Assembly (NCBI GenBank): GCA_047495785.1
Contig: JBLDXI010000021.1
Location: 2,232,001-2,296,000, forward strand
DNA from: Lepidodermella squamata
Taxonomy: Eukaryota; Animalia; Gastrotricha
Direction of reading: 5' to 3'
Length of the DNA stretch: 64,000 nt
In this document: positions 1-10,283 of the stretch, piece by piece
Layout: each line of letters starts with the position of its first letter
Position numbering within the stretch: position 1 is the first letter of the stretch
Notes under the pieces: model-generated
Told to the model about the DNA's origin: nothing
What the model saw: only the letters and a program-made list of their open reading frames with translations
Databases searched by the model: none
Translations under genes and position numbers: made by a program

Positions 1-835
1 AGCGGAAGCCGGAGCCTTTACGGTGGAAACTGCTGCCGATCAACACCGATGCAATGTACTCGCCGCTTGGGAATGTTATTTTCTTGCCTGCTGCGATATT
101 GCAATCGCCCTATTTCAACGCGGCGGCGTTGGATGCTGCTAATTACGGAGCCTTAGGTGCAATAATAGGTCATGAAATGACGCATGGCTTTGATGTGAGC
201 GGCAGCAACTTCGACGCGACTGGCCGGCTGGTTAACTGGTGGGACAACGCGACGCGAGACCAGTTTGACGACAAAGTTGAGTGCATGTCCGATCAGTATG
301 GGCAGTACGAGGTTGTCGATGGGCTGAAAGTCGACGGCGAGCGAACAGCTTCGGAGAATATTGCGGATAACGGCGGTTTGGCTGCTGCCTATCGAGTAAG
401 AAAACAATGATCAACGATGGCAACATTCTATAATTCTAAATTTTATTTAGGCATATCGCAAGAAATACGGCAACCTTCCTAGTCATGACCCATCGCCTGG
501 TGTTGAGCTATACAGCGATAAAACTTTTTTCACGTCTTTCGCACAGGTATAAGGATTGACTTTGATGTAATCTCTCACAACGGTGTTAATTGCCTCTTCA
601 ACAGATTTGGTGCCAAAAAGTGCGCCCGGAGCATTTAACTCTAAGCCTCGAGACCAACCTTCATACGCCGAATCGGTTTAGGTATAGGCGTTTGATTTTT
701 AAAATGCTACCATTCTTCATCTTCAATGTTTTCAGGGTAAATGGAGCGTTATCCAATTCGTATGAGTTCGCGCGGGCGTTTGGTTGTCCTTCAGGTTCGC
801 CTATGAATCCGAAGCATAAATGCAAAGTTTGGTAG
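1..835 (+). CDS. M13 family zinc metallopeptidase (neprilysin/ECE-like), 3' part only
   Basis: [11 protein letters not shown] (HExxH), [18 protein letters not shown] and C-terminal CKVW. GT-AG introns 396-450, 547-604 and 682-735 join in frame. 5' end lies outside the window. Confidence 0.95.
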
Positions 836-961
836 CAGCGACATCGATTTATATGCATATCTGTTTTCCAATCGGTCCAACTTGTTCAAATAGAGTTTTT
901 GAAGAATTACGTTTTCTACTCAATTTTGTACAGACAATGAAAGGAAGAGCAACAATGTTTA

Positions 962-2023
962 TTATGAAGTTTTTTCCTTGATGCGGTCCAGTTCGCATAC
1001 GAGACGCCCAAATTGCGGAGTTAAAAATGTTTTATCCAATACTTTTGAGGAGAACAAGCCGTGAAACATGGCGTACCGTTTTTCGGAGTAGTTACAACCG
1101 AGTTGAGCCCACTCTATAGCAGTAAAGCCACTTGTTTCAAAGTTGCTGACGTATCGCCAGTTTTTCATAACGTCAGCTAGCCACCCCGTAGCTGATGGTG
1201 TGCAGTATCCAGGTTCAGGAATTTCACACGGCCTGGAAAACATGTTTTCCCAGAATGAAGGCCTCATTCTCCTTGTTTTCACGTCATCGAAAATCTCCCA
1301 TGTGATTGCAAGGGTCTTGGTTAAATAATTATCAACAAAACCGTCCAAATCGCGAACAACATCACTCCATCGTTCAACTGCTGTTATGACAGATTTCCAA
1401 TCGTCCTCATTGCCTTCGAGACGGACAGCTGGAATCCCGCAGCGAGAGCTCACCTTGAAGTCGTAGAATGGCTCGGCAGACTTGCTAAAACACGCTAGTC
1501 TAGCTTCAGTAGACAAAGCGTTATCAGTTGAAAATTCTGGCATTAAGTCGCAAATGATCTGATCAGGCAATTTTTTCGTCAATTCGTCGAAAATCAGCGG
1601 TAAAGATGGGTTTTCGTCTGCTACGTGAATAACTCGCCTATCAAAAAAGTACTCGGGCTTCTCAATGCCCAAAATCGGCATAATCAGTTGCCAATTTTCG
1701 GTTATAAAATGTGATAAATTGTTCAAAATGACAAAATAGTACCAGTCGGGTCTGATGACGACGCCGTAATGAAGAGCCCAAGCTGTATCCATGTAATCAA
1801 GTGGTGACTTGTGGTAGAAAACTGTGCTAGTTATTCCAGGCCGAGGTATTGTTTGAGCTACGACCTTACCCGGTCGAAATCGACTGAAAATCGCGCTATC
1901 AAGCTGCTGACGGCCTCGACTCGTGTCTTTACTAGACATCACAAGCTGAAGTAGTTCGTCATGGCTCAGTAAACTCGACTTTGATTCAAGAGGTGTCAAA
2001 TTTTTATTCAAGATCAACTCCAT
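962..2023 (-). CDS. DUF4419-like protein, intronless
   Basis: Continuous ORF (first ATG 2023) with AWALHYGVVIRPDW, LMPEFST, FYDFKVSSRCGIPAVRLEGNEDDW and ATGWL, which match my recollection of DUF4419 motifs (H-x3-RPD, FST, CGIP-x-V-x-LEG-x3-DW, TGW). Confidence 0.7.
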   Translation of the reverse strand: MELILNKNLTPLESKSSLLSHDELLQLVMSSKDTSRGRQQLDSAIFSRFRPGKVVAQTIPRPGITSTVFYHKSPLDYMDTAWALHYGVVIRPDWYYFVILNNLSHFITENWQLIMPILGIEKPEYFFDRRVIHVADENPSLPLIFDELTKKLPDQIICDLMPEFSTDNALSTEARLACFSKSAEPFYDFKVSSRCGIPAVRLEGNEDDWKSVITAVERWSDVVRDLDGFVDNYLTKTLAITWEIFDDVKTRRMRPSFWENMFSRPCEIPEPGYCTPSATGWLADVMKNWRYVSNFETSGFTAIEWAQLGCNYSEKRYAMFHGLFSSKVLDKTFLTPQFGRLVCELDRIKEKTS

Positions 2024-2110
2024 TCGTAAGCATACAGCAATGGCAGAGATAGAATGCAACAGAATGAGGACATAAAAAACAGGCAATAATTTTTTATAGG
2101 ATGGATTTTT

Positions 2111-3002
2111 TCAAGGAAATTTCGCCGCTGCAAAAACATCATTAGCAGGCCTCTCATTAGGCGGCGTTTCTAGCCATTTTTTGAAATCTTCGATGGTGAT
2201 GACCTCCTTAACTTGGGGCAAATCAAGCTCAGCCAATTGATCGTATAACGAAGACGGTCGTTTAGGCCGCTTGCCGTTGTTACTGTCATCTGACTTCTTG
2301 ACTGTCACTGGCTTGGCCGGGGTCGGAAGAGCCGAGGTTTGCCTCGAGGTCTGACTGAGTGCCTCTGGCGGTAGACTGAGGCCAAGGAATTCGAATAATT
2401 CTGTCACGTCGTTCTCTGGAACTCCATGAATCGCGTAAATTTCGGACAGTTGATTTTTGAAGTCCTTGGCATTTATTTTACCCGTGCCTGGTTTAGAATT
2501 TCGATAGAAAAACACATTTTCACTTGACTTTCTATACCTTGAGCATCAAAAACGCGGAAACATTCGCCTACAACATTTTCGGACTTGGCCTGGGAAAGCA
2601 AACATCCCATAAGGTGCAGAAACTCAGGAAAATCCAGGACCCCATCATCTGTGAATAAAACGAATAAAACACAAAACAGCCCATAACAGGTCGTAGCTTA
2701 CGATCTACATCGACTCGTATGATGATTTTCAGTAAATCCTCGTCACTCAAATTTTGGCCCAGAGTTCTGAAGAGAGCCCCGAGTTCTTTAGTGCCAATCG
2801 TTCCACTGTCATCCTTATCGAAGTGCGTGAAAGCCTGGCGAATTTCGAACACCTGCTCGTCTGACAACGCTTCGATGTACTTGTACTGCTGCTGAGCTAA
2901 TTGCGCCGTGATTTTGTCGTCTTCAGCTTGTTTAACTGCGCAAAAATATATTTATGAGTCGACTGCCTCTGGGGCGAACTTACTTTTGCTAGATTGATCC
3001 AT
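2111..3002 (-). CDS. Calmodulin-like EF-hand protein with degenerate C-lobe and C-terminal tail
   Basis: Spliced product contains LSDEQVFEIRQAFTHF, EF1 DKDDSGTIGTKE, EF2 DVDHDGVLDFPE and EF3 DAQGTGKINAKD. EF4 is not recognisable. Three short phase-1 introns; ATG at 3002. Confidence 0.85.
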
Positions 3003-3685
3003 GAGGCTCTCGAAACAGTTAACACAGATCGGCGTTCAAATTGAAAATATTCCAGACGGAAGAATGGCTTTGGTTGGGGTGTTTTTTTCCCAGACCGAGT
3101 GAAATGAGAAGTTGTTCTTATTTTCGCATGACTGCTAATGAAGGTGACATCGAGATAATAGCGTGCTACAAATCATGCGCCCTAATGAAGCGAACACATG
3201 GCGTGTGCATAATCGTCGGCGTGTATTTTTATTAACATAATTTTTTAATAGTATGAAATTCAGGCCGAACATGTCACAACTGCCAATCTGGTATCGCGCG
3301 ACCACCGACATTTCCCTCGGCGCTGGCAATAAAATCAAACCGCGACGTATCAGTTTAAAAACCGGCCTCAAGATATTTTTTTGAGCCATCACTTAAGTGC
3401 TCTTTATTCCCGCGTGGCTAAAAAAGCTATCGGGATGTTCTTCGCTTGCTTGCTTGCTTGAAATCAGTGTGTACGAATTTTACGATGGCGGAAGATAAAA
3501 AATTGAAGAGGACAAAGTGGGGATTTAGCGAAATAGCCCGGATGATGCTTAAACCGGTGCGGCTTAGAACGCCCCTATTCGTCTTAAATATGAGCAAAAT
3601 ATAACCAGGACATGTCGAACCAGTCTCGCTATATAATCATCCTACGGGTGCAGGACGCATTTTTGTAATTCTTTTGCCACAGAAA

Positions 3686-4069
3686 ATGACGAAATTAGCG
3701 ATTTTTGTAGCTGCCATTTTGGCCTCAGCTTCGGCAGCGTCATGGCTGGACCAGCGACTGATTCGACCTCGTCGCTTTCTATCAGAGCCGCGTTACCTAG
3801 AAATTAGCAAAATGCCGTCACCGCTGTCAAACGATGACTTTGGCGGCTACGTCGACGAAGAAGGTTTCATCGTGGCGCCATTACGCCCTCCGTCCATTCT
3901 CGGCTACTCAGAGGAAGATGTTGCAGACGTAGAGCTGCCCATCTCGGCACCAGTAGCCGGAAGACCCTTGGCTCCGATGCGCGGAAAAGGCAGCCGCCTT
4001 AATTCAGTCACCAGGTTTCAACAGCCCATCGGTCCGGTCGATAACAACTTCATCCTTGGCGATTACTGA
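3686..4069 (+). CDS. Small secreted protein, possible peptide precursor
   Basis: Signal-peptide-like MTKLAIFVAAILASASA. TATATAA near 3630 and a splice acceptor (ccacag) just before the ATG. Contains RPRR and MRGK basic sites. Confidence 0.7.
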   Translation: MTKLAIFVAAILASASAASWLDQRLIRPRRFLSEPRYLEISKMPSPLSNDDFGGYVDEEGFIVAPLRPPSILGYSEEDVADVELPISAPVAGRPLAPMRGKGSRLNSVTRFQQPIGPVDNNFILGDY

Positions 4070-4230
4070 TCTATTATTACAGCAGCGTAAAACGTCTAAA
4101 CTTCCAGCAGTGACGATTGATTTCGCGTTTAATGTCGTTAATAGTATACTCATTTAATGGTTAACACTTTTCATTATGTACAAAAAAGTAAATATTGTGA
4201 ATAAAAATAATCAAGGATTCAGCGTTTTGT

Positions 4231-7200
4231 TCAAATGTATTTCTCATTCTGTTTAGCCGGGCTAGTTCCAGAGGCCGAGTAAACTGGCGGCGGTTGCTGG
4301 GGAATGTCCCTCGCACCAGCGGTTTGAGTATAGGCTTCGTTATCGACAAAAGCCTCATTGTTGGTTCCACCGTTTGCTACGTCGACGGATGATGCGTTCG
4401 AATAGCTTGTCGTAATAGGCACCATTGCCCAGCTTGAATTGATGCGGCCGAACTTCCCAGCAGTGTCCCAATAATCATGGTCGTCGCCAGGTAAATCTCG
4501 CCTGAAATATGACCTAATTTAACCTGAAAATCTAGACAAATAAACTGACTTTATGCCAGACAGTACTCCGGCGGTTGTGAAGACAAGAAGGCTGCTTATT
4601 GTCCCGAAAATCAGGTAAATTCCGATAAACAACCAAACTGCATTCTGATAAAATAAAAAATAATTTGCCTTAAATTGAAGCTGATCTCAAATTCTAACCA
4701 TAGATCCAGCTATTTGGACGCAAGCAAAGTCGCGAACAATGACGTCGTAAATGATCCAGATCGGCCGCATGCGGGCTACTTCATTCAGGCCTGTGAATAG
4801 GTTATCGAGAAGCTTCGATAGCACATATTGCATCTGGCGTTTGAAAAGCAACGGAATTTGGCGGAAATAGTTTTGCGTATACAAAATTTTCTCAAGCAGT
4901 TGAGCCTGTAGGCCTATAGATTCGTCTATCACCTGCACGGTATCCGTCCAGCTTTTCACAGCTTGTGGCAAAGCTCCCGTGTACTTCGCCAGGGTTACTT
5001 TGTACTCCATCGATGTATCAAGCAGTTCCCCGACATTAGCCGATCGGTTGCGAGCGAATTCATCTAGGAGGGATTTGTGAACGCAAGACGTGCATTTTGT
5101 CAACGTTGTCGAAAGTTGCTGGGCTACTGTGAGATTCGAAAGACGAATCATGTCTTGGAAATCCAACTTTGACTGCGCTATTTCGGTGAGATTATTCATG
5201 TAGGTGTTCATTTCAGGGCTGAGTATCGTGAAGGTTTGACTCACGCCCAGACGATCCATGTTTTTCACCTCACGAATCAAGTTAGTATCTTGCAGGCGTA
5301 GAAGTTGGTTGATTGTCTGATCTTTCTCTGCAGCGGCCAGAACCTTTCCGATTGTCACTCGGTCCTTCAGAAGCACCGGGTCGATAGAGTTGATAATTGA
5401 TCTCAAGCAGGGTGGCACAATTCCAAGCAGAATGTTACTGTTCTTACTACTGTCGATCGGATCCTCATTTAGAATTTTGTCAATGCCTGCATAGTTTTTG
5501 GCACGGATAGCGCGACATGCCAAATTCTCTACGAGGGCTCCGGCGAAGAAGTGCCCACTCGCGATTACAGTCAAAAGGGGACCGGTCAGAACGACGAATA
5601 TGACAGCGCCACTGAAACAAATTTGATTAGGATTACGAAAAATGTAACTCGCTAATGTCTCACCCGACGAGAAAGGAACGCGCGACTCTTTCCAAAACAG
5701 TTGGCTTTTTCGCTCTGAAGTTTCGTCCGATATCTGTTGCATTGTGGCAAAACACGATTAGAAGACAAATACTGCCTGCCACTGTCAGCGTAGCCCCCGC
5801 GATTGCTATAGCCAATAAGGTGGCTGTAACGATTCTTCGATCTTCCATTATACGGTCGATTAAAGACGTGTCAAATGTGCTCGCCGATTGTGCTGGAGGT
5901 TTCTGAGTTGTAGTTGTGGTTGTTGTTGTAGTAATAAGAGCTGTTGGGGTGGCAACCGATACTAAAGTCGAACCAGATGGTTTTACACTCGACGGCATCG
6001 GCGTTGTTGTTGTAGTTGTTGTAGTCGTTGTAGTCGTCGTAGTTGTCGCCTCTGGTTGGCCGCAATCGTTGGCCAACATGGTCATTTTATCAGCCACCCA
6101 TATTGAATAGTAATTAACCCAACCGGTGAAATCGTTCATTATCGCCGTTTGCATGCCCTCTATCTCTCGCATAAGTTTGTCACGTGATATGAACCCGTTG
6201 ATCATCTTCTGGCTCTTCCATTTGTTTTTACGAATTATCAACTCGTTTAAGGTTGAGTTGCGCTTCTTAGCCGAGGGCCATGGGTAGTGGAACGGGTCGC
6301 AATCGTCGGGCAGAATAGGCGATACACAAGCGTGACAAGTAGTAGGAATGGGCTGCAGTGCCGTAATTCGAGTGATCGAATCGTAAGTCACTACGCAGCT
6401 GGCTGATTTGTTGTTGTATCTATAAGATGGGAATTTTATATAAAATCATAGTAGCAATTCAGGCGATCTTACAGGCTGCACAATGATTCTCGTTGGTTGA
6501 ACCACGTGCTGTTGTCAAAGTTGTTAAAGTAACGCATCGCATCGATGTACAGCTTGCCAATCGTGTTAGTAGCTCTCTGCGAAAAGTCCAGCGAGTCGGA
6601 CAATGGCAGAACTGCCGCTGGTTCCCAAATAAGAAGAAACAGTAGCAAGTCATCGGTTTTTGATTTCGTCAAAATGCTCGTAATTGTCTGTTGATCGGTT
6701 TTCAAGCTGTTCAACGAATTGATAGCTTGGCCTCCAAACTCTTGTTTTCGAACAAAGTCGACGCCAACGCGGTTTCCAACTATTTCCAGCTCGTTCAAGT
6801 AGCTTTTCAACGTGCGATCAAACTGCGGTGGAATCGCATTCCCCAGATTTAATGCTCGATTGAAATAACTCGAAAAAAGATCGTTGAAGTAAAAAGTCGA
6901 AATAATGCCGAAAATAGCCGCAAACGTTGTTAAGATCACTATGAAAATGATCGTAATTAGGCACCAGGGTCGACGCGGTTGGCTGGCGGGGGTCGAGTAC
7001 GGCGGGGCTCCGCTGGCAATATTTAACGGTCTCAAAGGTTGGTTGTAGGCCTGGACCATGTTTGCAGATGGGGAATAGCGGGCCGAGTAGCCATAACTCG
7101 ACTTATAATGCCGCCGGGTGAGGAGAAATATCAGTAAAGCAGTAATCGGTATAATTATGAATGAAATTATCAGGGCGATGATGACGACTGAAAGCAACGA

Positions 7201-7778
7201 TCGGTACTGGGCTATTGCCTGGAAAATAATTTTGAATTAATTAAAAAAGTTAATCATAATAAAATGAGGCTAACGTTTAAAATTTGCGAGTCGATAGAAT
7301 CGCCAAGAATAGCTTGCCGCAATAGGGCTGGAAAAATTAGCGTTGCAATCTTAAGTGAAATAAATTCGAAAATCATACAGTTTCGTTTTACTGGCTCAGC
7401 CACAGATTGAACGATCGATGTTGTAAAGTTGTACAAATTAGGCCATGCATCAGTTTTCGAGTAGAAATAACTCGTAAAACTGTCTATATAAGCCTTTTCG
7501 CTAGCCATTTGTTTCAGCTGGACCGAACCAGGGTTGTTGATGGTGAAATTGTAATAAGGAAACTCAACCGACCAGTCCGAGTACAGTTTGTTACCATACT
7601 CATCCGTGATTGGGTTAGCTGATGTTACGTCCTTCAACGATGCCGGCATATTGCCGCTTGATTTGGACATGTCTATATTCTATTCGTATTTTATCCGCTT
7701 GTTCCTTGCATATCAACTAATAGAGGTGAACAGCAGCCAAATGAAATGAGCATCAGCTAATCCTCTTCGAAGTCGCAT
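4231..7778 (-). CDS. Prominin-like five-transmembrane glycoprotein
   Basis: Five hydrophobic segments in prominin order (TM1-TM2, large loop, TM3-TM4, large loop, TM5). GALVENLACRAI follows TM4 and RPIWIIYD..FACVQIAGSM-NAVWLFIG precedes TM5. The first exon/start at 7778 is tentative. Confidence 0.7.
5901..6046 (-). repeat. Imperfect ACA/ACG/ACT trinucleotide tracts encoding poly-Thr
   Basis: Two Thr runs in ORF 5660..6391, inside the prominin-like gene. Confidence 0.85.
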
Positions 7779-8020
7779 GACTCACACCTGGTAATTTTTT
7801 GACCGCTCGACTCAGCGGTGCAAAGCAGAAAGTAGGCGGAGGATTGGCCCAAATCAACAGCTGCCGTAAAACTCACATGCTATATGTCATTAGATCCGCC
7901 TTAAAAAAAAAAATCGTGGCAATAATTACTTTATTTATTATCATATAACTAAAAGGCTATCTTATAGTGTCCAAATTCGTCAGATTTCAATGCATGATGT
8001 AGAAGAATTAGGATAACAGA

Positions 8021-9598
8021 TTACAAGTCGATAAATTTACTGCTGCCTGAATCACCAACAACAGGCGCGTCAACTTGGTCTTCGTCCTTGGCCTGCTGCT
8101 CCTGCGTCTTGGGCAAATCATCAGCAGAAATTGGCCAGCTGCCAAGAGCGTAACCACTCGCCGAGTAAAAGTAATTAGTTGAAGGCTGGTAAGGCGGCTG
8201 ATGAGTCGTCGAATAGCTATTGCACCCGCTGCTGTTCAACGGCGGTTGATAATACGATGCAGAAGTTGTGGTTGAAAATTGCCAGGGTGCTGCATTTGGG
8301 GTGACACTGAAATTAGGATTATTATTGACTGGCCAGCAGTATGAGCTGTTGTTTGAATATTGAGGAAGATCATAGCAGCCTTGCTGTTGTGCCGCGTAGT
8401 TTATTTCGTTGCTAGGTATCGGCTGATCACCACTGGAGCCGGCCAGCAGCCGTAAACGCGGGCATTTCGACGACAAACCGCCTCGACTTTCTTCGTCATT
8501 CGCGTTTGTCAAGGCCCCGCCATCGCCAGCTTGCTGTGCAGCTTTCTTCGCTTGCCGTCTATTGCTAGATGGCGCCGCTCGTTTTGACCCAGTTTTTGCG
8601 CAGTTGAAATTACTGTCAAAGCCAGGTTGTGGTTGAGGTGATACAGCGTTGCAAAATGACCCGGGTGGTTCGAGCAAATGGATCATGTCCAACGGGGGCG
8701 TCATTGAAGTTTCGTCGACGCCAAGCTGCCGTTTTTGTTTCATTCGACGATTTTGAAACCACACCTTGACCTGCCGCTCGCTGAGATCCATAGACGCGGC
8801 TATTTCGATGCGCCTCGGCCGGCTCAAGTATTTCGAGAACTGGAATTCCTAGAAAAATTCATTTGAATTCTGTTCCTATATTATAGGAAAGACGGGACTT
8901 ACCTTTTCTAGTTCTAGCAACTGGGTGTTAGTGAACGTTGTTCGGAGCCGGCGTATCGGCCCGCCGCCATTGCTATCACCCTGATTGATGTCATCCTCTT
9001 CGCCAGATGATGCCGATAAGGATCGACCGCCAGCACTTGAAGTTGAAGCACTAGACCGTGATTGTCGAATCGGCCCGGTTGACTGTGACTGGTACGTCGA
9101 CGCCCATGAATATTCAGGTATTTTCGCAACAGGAATTTCGACTTTACTATTGCTACCTTCGTCGGAAGTATTCGCTTTCTGGCGACTACGCCGTGTCGAC
9201 TTTTCCAACTCTGCAGCTGGCACCAACAGTCCTTGGTGCTGGCCTACTTCAGATATTGGCTGGAATTGTTGCTGGTAACTAAGTTGGCAGTGTGGGTTGA
9301 AATTGCTGATAGATGGCAGAACAGGTTGGTGTCCGGAAAGCTCGGGCAAAAAAGCTGGAATAGACGCTTGAAAACTGTCAAGCACCTCGGTGAATGCACT
9401 TTTTTCGATGACTGACGAAGGCGGTGTTCTCAAGATATACCGTTTTTCGCCGTAGTCACTTTGGTCAGCTAGATTATTCCTGGTTGACTGAAATGACGCC
9501 GCGTTGACAGTGAAGACAGGTCTGCCGAGGACACAACTGCTTTTCGAGGCAAAAAAGTCAGTCGCCGATGCGTTACTGTTGTCTGTGGCGGGAAGCAT
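8021..9598 (-). CDS. Hox2: Hox paralog group 2 (proboscipedia) homeodomain transcription factor
   Basis: Removing intron 8849-8902 gives [59 protein letters not shown], diagnostic of pb/Hox2. Hexapeptide-like PEYSW lies upstream. Confidence 0.93.
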
Positions 9599-10283
9599 TC
9601 AGCGCAGTTAAATCCGCAATTAGCGCTCAATTAATCAAAATGAAGGTGGTCTATAAAAGCTTTAAGAGAGCTATAATACTTAATATACGAGACGCAGCGA
9701 CGAGAGTATCGTTTTTCGGCAGGCGCTGCTCGCGTAAGAACATTCAAACGCAGATCCGACGCTGAGATGTTTGGACGCCGAGCAGCGCGCTGCGCAAAAG
9801 GCGAGGCGCGCGCCGGTTGGCTTGGAATCGCGCGCTCGCCCGTCATCGCCGCGATTACGCCGCTGCAAGTGATCCATGGAGAAAATTCGTAGCAGCGCAT
9901 GCGCGCGCCGCAGATTGTATCGCGACGTGTCTGCGCGCGCCCACCAACTTTTGGTAGCCACGTCATCGCGGGACCAAGTTACCAGCGAAGCGCTAACTTG
10001 ATTACACAAAACACAACCGATATTTCGATCCATTTTATTAAATACTGTAATCGCCATACAAAGAACAATACGAGAGAGTATTCGCTTCAAAATTCGTACG
10101 AGTATAGGTTGAGAGTATATAATATCGCTTGAGAAAAAACAAGCGCCAAAATAGCCACAAACCTTTGAGAATTTTCATTTATAGAGTATTATATTATGAT
10201 GTTATAGATCGTGCTGCTGAAATTAGCGCGCTTAGTAGCGTCGACGCGCGTACGACGAGCATTTTTGAATATCAAATAGGTTG

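Noticed and set aside
9938-9946. EGR-like site upstream of Hox2, suggesting Krox20-Hox2 regulation as in the vertebrate hindbrain
   Set aside because: Only a 7/9 match in GC-rich DNA. The 20-kb Hox2-egr linkage may be chance.
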